64,000 bases of DNA from an uncultured Candidatus Peregrinibacteria bacterium (lineage in GTDB: Bacteria; Patescibacteriota; Gracilibacteria; UBA1369), in assembly GCA_937858825.1 (NCBI GenBank), contig CALMAI010000002.1, positions 2,759-66,758 of the forward strand. Reading direction: 5' to 3'. The translations under genes were made by a program, and so were the position numbers. This document shows, piece by piece, positions 63,801-64,000 of this stretch; position 1 is the stretch's first letter; the number at the start of each line of letters is the position of its first letter. The notes under the pieces are model-generated. The model was not told the DNA's origin. It ran no database searches and worked only from the letters and a program-made list of their open reading frames with translations.

Positions 63801-64000
63801 CCGGAAAGGATTGTTCCGTTAAGGTTTCCTCCAAGATTTCCAGTTCCTGTTTCCAGGCTGAGGGTAATACTACGGTTTGCGGGAACGGTAACAGGGTTGT
63901 TATTAAGGTCAATTGACTGAACAACAACATCGAATGGATCAAACTGGGTTGGATCTGATCCTCCATTCACTTCTTCTGGATGAACACGTTCCCGTGTGTC
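54872..64000 (-). CDS. giant surface protein, 5'-partial (>3,040 aa): four IPT/TIG-like + DUF2341-like + LamG/ConA-like modules, Big_1-like Ig domains, NIDO-like domain, WxL-like C-terminus
   Basis: The frame stays open from 63970 to the window edge. The codons at 63971-64000 read DTRERVHPEE, and the listed start is GTG. There are four copies of the DUF2341-like block (C[GS]D[IL]R[ILV].D...YW[IV][ED]...[IL]W..[IV]P.[IV]P...Y[GA]), near 63.2, 61.75, 59.7 and 58.1 kb. Multiple IPT-like units are present (P.I.S..P..GP..GGT.V.I.G.NF). Big_1-like units are present (e.g. STIVANPTSVVADGVQTSTITITLRD). The C-terminus ...AGSYQVTLTFDLTRTP resembles a WxL-domain end. Confidence 0.85.
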   Translation of the reverse strand, partial: DTRERVHPEEVNGGSDPTQFDPFDVVVQSIDLNNNPVTVPANRSITLSLETGTGNLGGNLNGTILSGQSQATISGVTYDTAETDVVLRATDTSSVPTLTFASSDPFTVNPPAPTIISLDVTQGSTAGGTEVTITGTGFIDPVNVTFDGYDADQVIWNSDTEIVATTAAHPTGTIDVQAINPTGQVSNVLSGAYIFADPSLVSINPNAGPTTGGTNVTLSGVNFGPNYYRREISFDNTPSASALTNYEASFTFDTATEIAAGKMRSDCGDIRIKDNNQISNLPYWVEEGTCNTANTRIWTKIPSIPASGFLSIYMTYGNLNLSSSASCEDVFTFCDDFSGGSVDTTKWEADTGQFAVANGVLTSTGTNNNRLASINAYTGDYILEAKHITNSLPGNGYTPLGFFESTSNGAGYLNHPGTDYYREDSSYISIGSDIIPLATDLRYRMTMSGTSATYEIENFSTGASIHSVTDNDNGAINEKIALGERYDNGVYTQSYDAEWDWIFIRNVVSYEPIPSVQAETGANLYVELDALPATNITFVNNTTVTADTPAHPVGFVDVEIGNFDGTLGGSSTIGDLDPSLYEYRIPPDVTSITPDNGINNQIYNVTFNGTDFVSGITGRLQKTGESDIVCTSVNFINSTQFTCDLDISGAALGTWDVVVENPDTLTDILVDGFTVNQAPPNITNVNPDNGPVSGGTAVTITGTNFVNDGYKNIVTINNGGSALTNHQINFQLDTKSAIDASHMNADCSDIRVKDSDLSDLTYWIDGPCDSDHTVIWAVVPSVPNGTKDIFVTYGTPTLTSNSNLAGTFPSLASANNVAWLKANSIVASESSAVTFNQTVGVTTNGNNVTKTGATGWSGGFSTNESFTGDGIITFQAPTSGTQRAMVGLDVDAANVGNYIYIDFALYANDGTLNVYENGASRGSFGSYTDTDVLSVESKDGVVVYRKNGEEFYVSSVAPTATLYGLASLYDTGTQINNIEMCSGDCTYGSVTTLSDQSGNGNNVTAIPANAAGYLPASLNGLPTLVFDGVEDYFQFSNLNLLRNVTGTSVISVAQSDTTGASEYIFLASTASATAARAGLTRNGTIFEMGGRRLDADAYQAVSGGTVNTGIYTFETAILNFANSNASLYSNGALLDSTTSFQTDGNTEDTASATIWIGDATSQTNFDGNIAELIVFNDAINSVEQPEIERYIDSKYAITGNEPTTSVGTETNNFTVVEFDGTLCSNTAYVNATTLTCDTSAHAAGAVDVVVTNPDAQQDTLSSGFTYNPPPTLTSTNPTTGENNATLVGVQFNGTDFISGITGRLTRDNETDINCTNTAFINSTQFTCDLPLTGAETGDWNVVIENPDTQTGTLVDYFTITRPAPDVVSVTPDNGPTSGGTNVSIGGTNFYSTYGVPYEITNTGGALTDYQVQLTLDTATPIAAGNMNADCSDLRLVDSDLNNNLDYYIEGPCDNAATLLWVKIPSIPNGSPAKTIYATYGDSTLISDSSSANTFVREIDSSSIVAHFPSNEGSDNTCTGGEDVCDFSGNDSDGTFFGNPTWVSGYEGTAVHYDGSGDYMRADSIPPDMTTNEVTFGAWINPDISTSSFAFGFHTSAGANENQVWWNNPETNKFSYYDDVIAAHQYADVEATLGQWNHVVVTIDSSNNGVLYLNGNPAATFTTTERPDTNGRFTVGQDWDGGTATDYFTGSFDEVFVSNRALTQAEVQDLYNGLGESLNSDPNSLMVRNYSNPDPTSSANAESHLLDVTFDGTSCSNITFVDSTEVTCDTPAHALGAVDVVLTNPDTQSDTLTNGFTYNPPPTLTSTNPTTGENNATLVGIQLNGTDFLSGITGKLTRNGQTDINCTNTAFVNTTQFTCDLPITGAAVGAWNVVVTNPDGGTDTLTDYFTVTNAPPVVSSVNPDNGPAAGGTPVLILGSNFIDGGYNQTASITNPTGGILTNYAVPIILDTASLITATEMKSDCGDIRVYDSNGITPLSYWVEDCNSNDTIIWALVPNIPIAGKDIIINYGDSSRSSESSLAAVFPVLSSNVEFWLKANEGTDATTNNDPVTSWTDQSSNNNDVTTNNLNPTWITNIVNGLPAVSFNGVNQSMGRTGFTGLPTGAATRTFFNVVDYQSVGWGGVSYGTTASNGVYGNVVGFNGNFFVQGWGTDYDSGLFANGTGWNIQTSVFAGNGSNTLEQYINGSLQSTHSPTSINTGTTEIEIGREMDNSPYVNMDLAETIIFSGNLSTTDREAVEEYLDTKYALSGNQASTSLGAQTTNPPQITFDGISCNNIVYINSTTLTCETPAHALGAVDVTVTNPDTQSDTLTNGFTYVGDPDETTSTFVPSSATTIANGVTTNILTATVNDGGGSPVEGEVVTVAQTGGSGTTTISAVNCDQSDVGVITKGTTNLNGEACFAIHSEDITTPGSNTYTATITSIPAAMTQTASVEFIADYPDLDDSTFTSAPGTVAADGSTPSTLTATIVDSLGRFITGQSVTVTDDGTATTYSPVSATENTNSSGVADFDVTSTAAQPATFTPNRNSLYYEKTSYEELASQTFVNDYPGTASSLIAGSQGDDVEATTTLPFDFELFGTNVPASTNIYVCSNGFISLASTGCPSSGSLSNAIAGFFRDLDTTSGGIYREVASDNNSVRFLWDAQDAGTSNPIFFEIILYQNNTVEFHYFSNDGQTARIGMYDSTASSEPDEISTYDNSIFGDSEATRLYNPLTGPVTPGVTQQPQVTFTAGSVDAGNSTIVANPTSVVADGVQTSTITITLRDAFNNPVPGRTVELSDDQAVSQIEYVGYATPPPYPTDVTDVNGEATFDVRSTTVDNVTFTGNDVTGAPILIGTADVEFTCIVGPNQQCLQIEIEPNPGVLTITAPDDFAFPAITSATSSQEIFSIGSATPYTLNVNDVAVVTDTENAGGFTLQLQASAFEDSVTSEQIPLTGFYAVTQASNTGGTQTGGVEYDSGYAGVTNITAPQNNNTAGNLDAASTFTTNGDNLDSIIDIMLAPVTIAEVGRSGQFKQNIQYYLQIPAFQLAGSYQVTLTFDLTRTPAT

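Noticed and set aside
55000-63900. Possible CRISPR array or non-coding tandem repeats in the highly repetitive 55-64 kb region
   Set aside because: The repeats are hundreds of nucleotides long and imperfect, and they lie in one continuous open reading frame encoding Ig-like and lectin-like domains. There is no short-repeat/unique-spacer periodicity.

Overview
This 64-kb window looks like it comes from an uncultivated, probably small-genome bacterium. That placement is inference. The envelope proteins are Gram-positive-like (SLH, WxL-like), many ORFs are lineage-specific, and several housekeeping proteins carry unusual tails. The genetic code appears standard, because TAG, TAA and TGA all terminate recognisable genes. 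I found no rRNA, tRNA, CRISPR array, transposase or integrase.

Main blocks:
1. 1-4.3 kb and 4.4-12.8 kb: an information-processing block, rpoB-ssb-rpoC-rpsL-rpsG, plus hflX. The ssb gene sits unusually between rpoB and rpoC, and RpoB has a Lys/Ala/Pro-rich N-tail and an acidic C-tail.
2. 13-25 kb: MacB/FtsX-type ABC transporter, serS, a cytoplasmic trypsin-like protease fused to a zinc ribbon and a YbjN-like domain, and assorted membrane proteins.
3. 25-30 kb: a dienelactone hydrolase broken by one in-frame TAG, followed by an envelope cluster (M23 peptidase-SLH-Cys/Trp-repeat protein, a lipoprotein, an SLH-CAP protein).
4. 33.0-43.4 kb: an AT-rich defence island bracketed by toxin-antitoxin modules.
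5. 43.4-49.6 kb: the heat-shock regulon (dnaK, grpE, hrcA), split by a cupredoxin/NOX-like/DoxX redox module. Each half sits behind the same variant CIRCE operator.
6. 51-54.8 kb: gap, tsaC, rsmH (Lys-rich N-tail) and an ftsL-like gene.
7. 54.9-64.0 kb: a surface protein of more than 3,040 aa that is open at the window edge. It is built from four repeated IPT/DUF2341-like/LamG-like modules.

The best candidate for an undescribed system is the defence island. One tightly packed minus-strand operon reads hsdM - ATPase/Toprim-like - hsdS - orphan 278-aa ORF - hsdR - orphan 124-aa ORF - PD-(D/E)XK nuclease. This is a Type I R-M system carrying nested cargo genes at the kind of positions PrrC occupies in the E. 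coli prr locus.

All domain calls come from motif recognition by eye, with no database search. The ORF track uses alternative start codons, so several 5' ends are uncertain.
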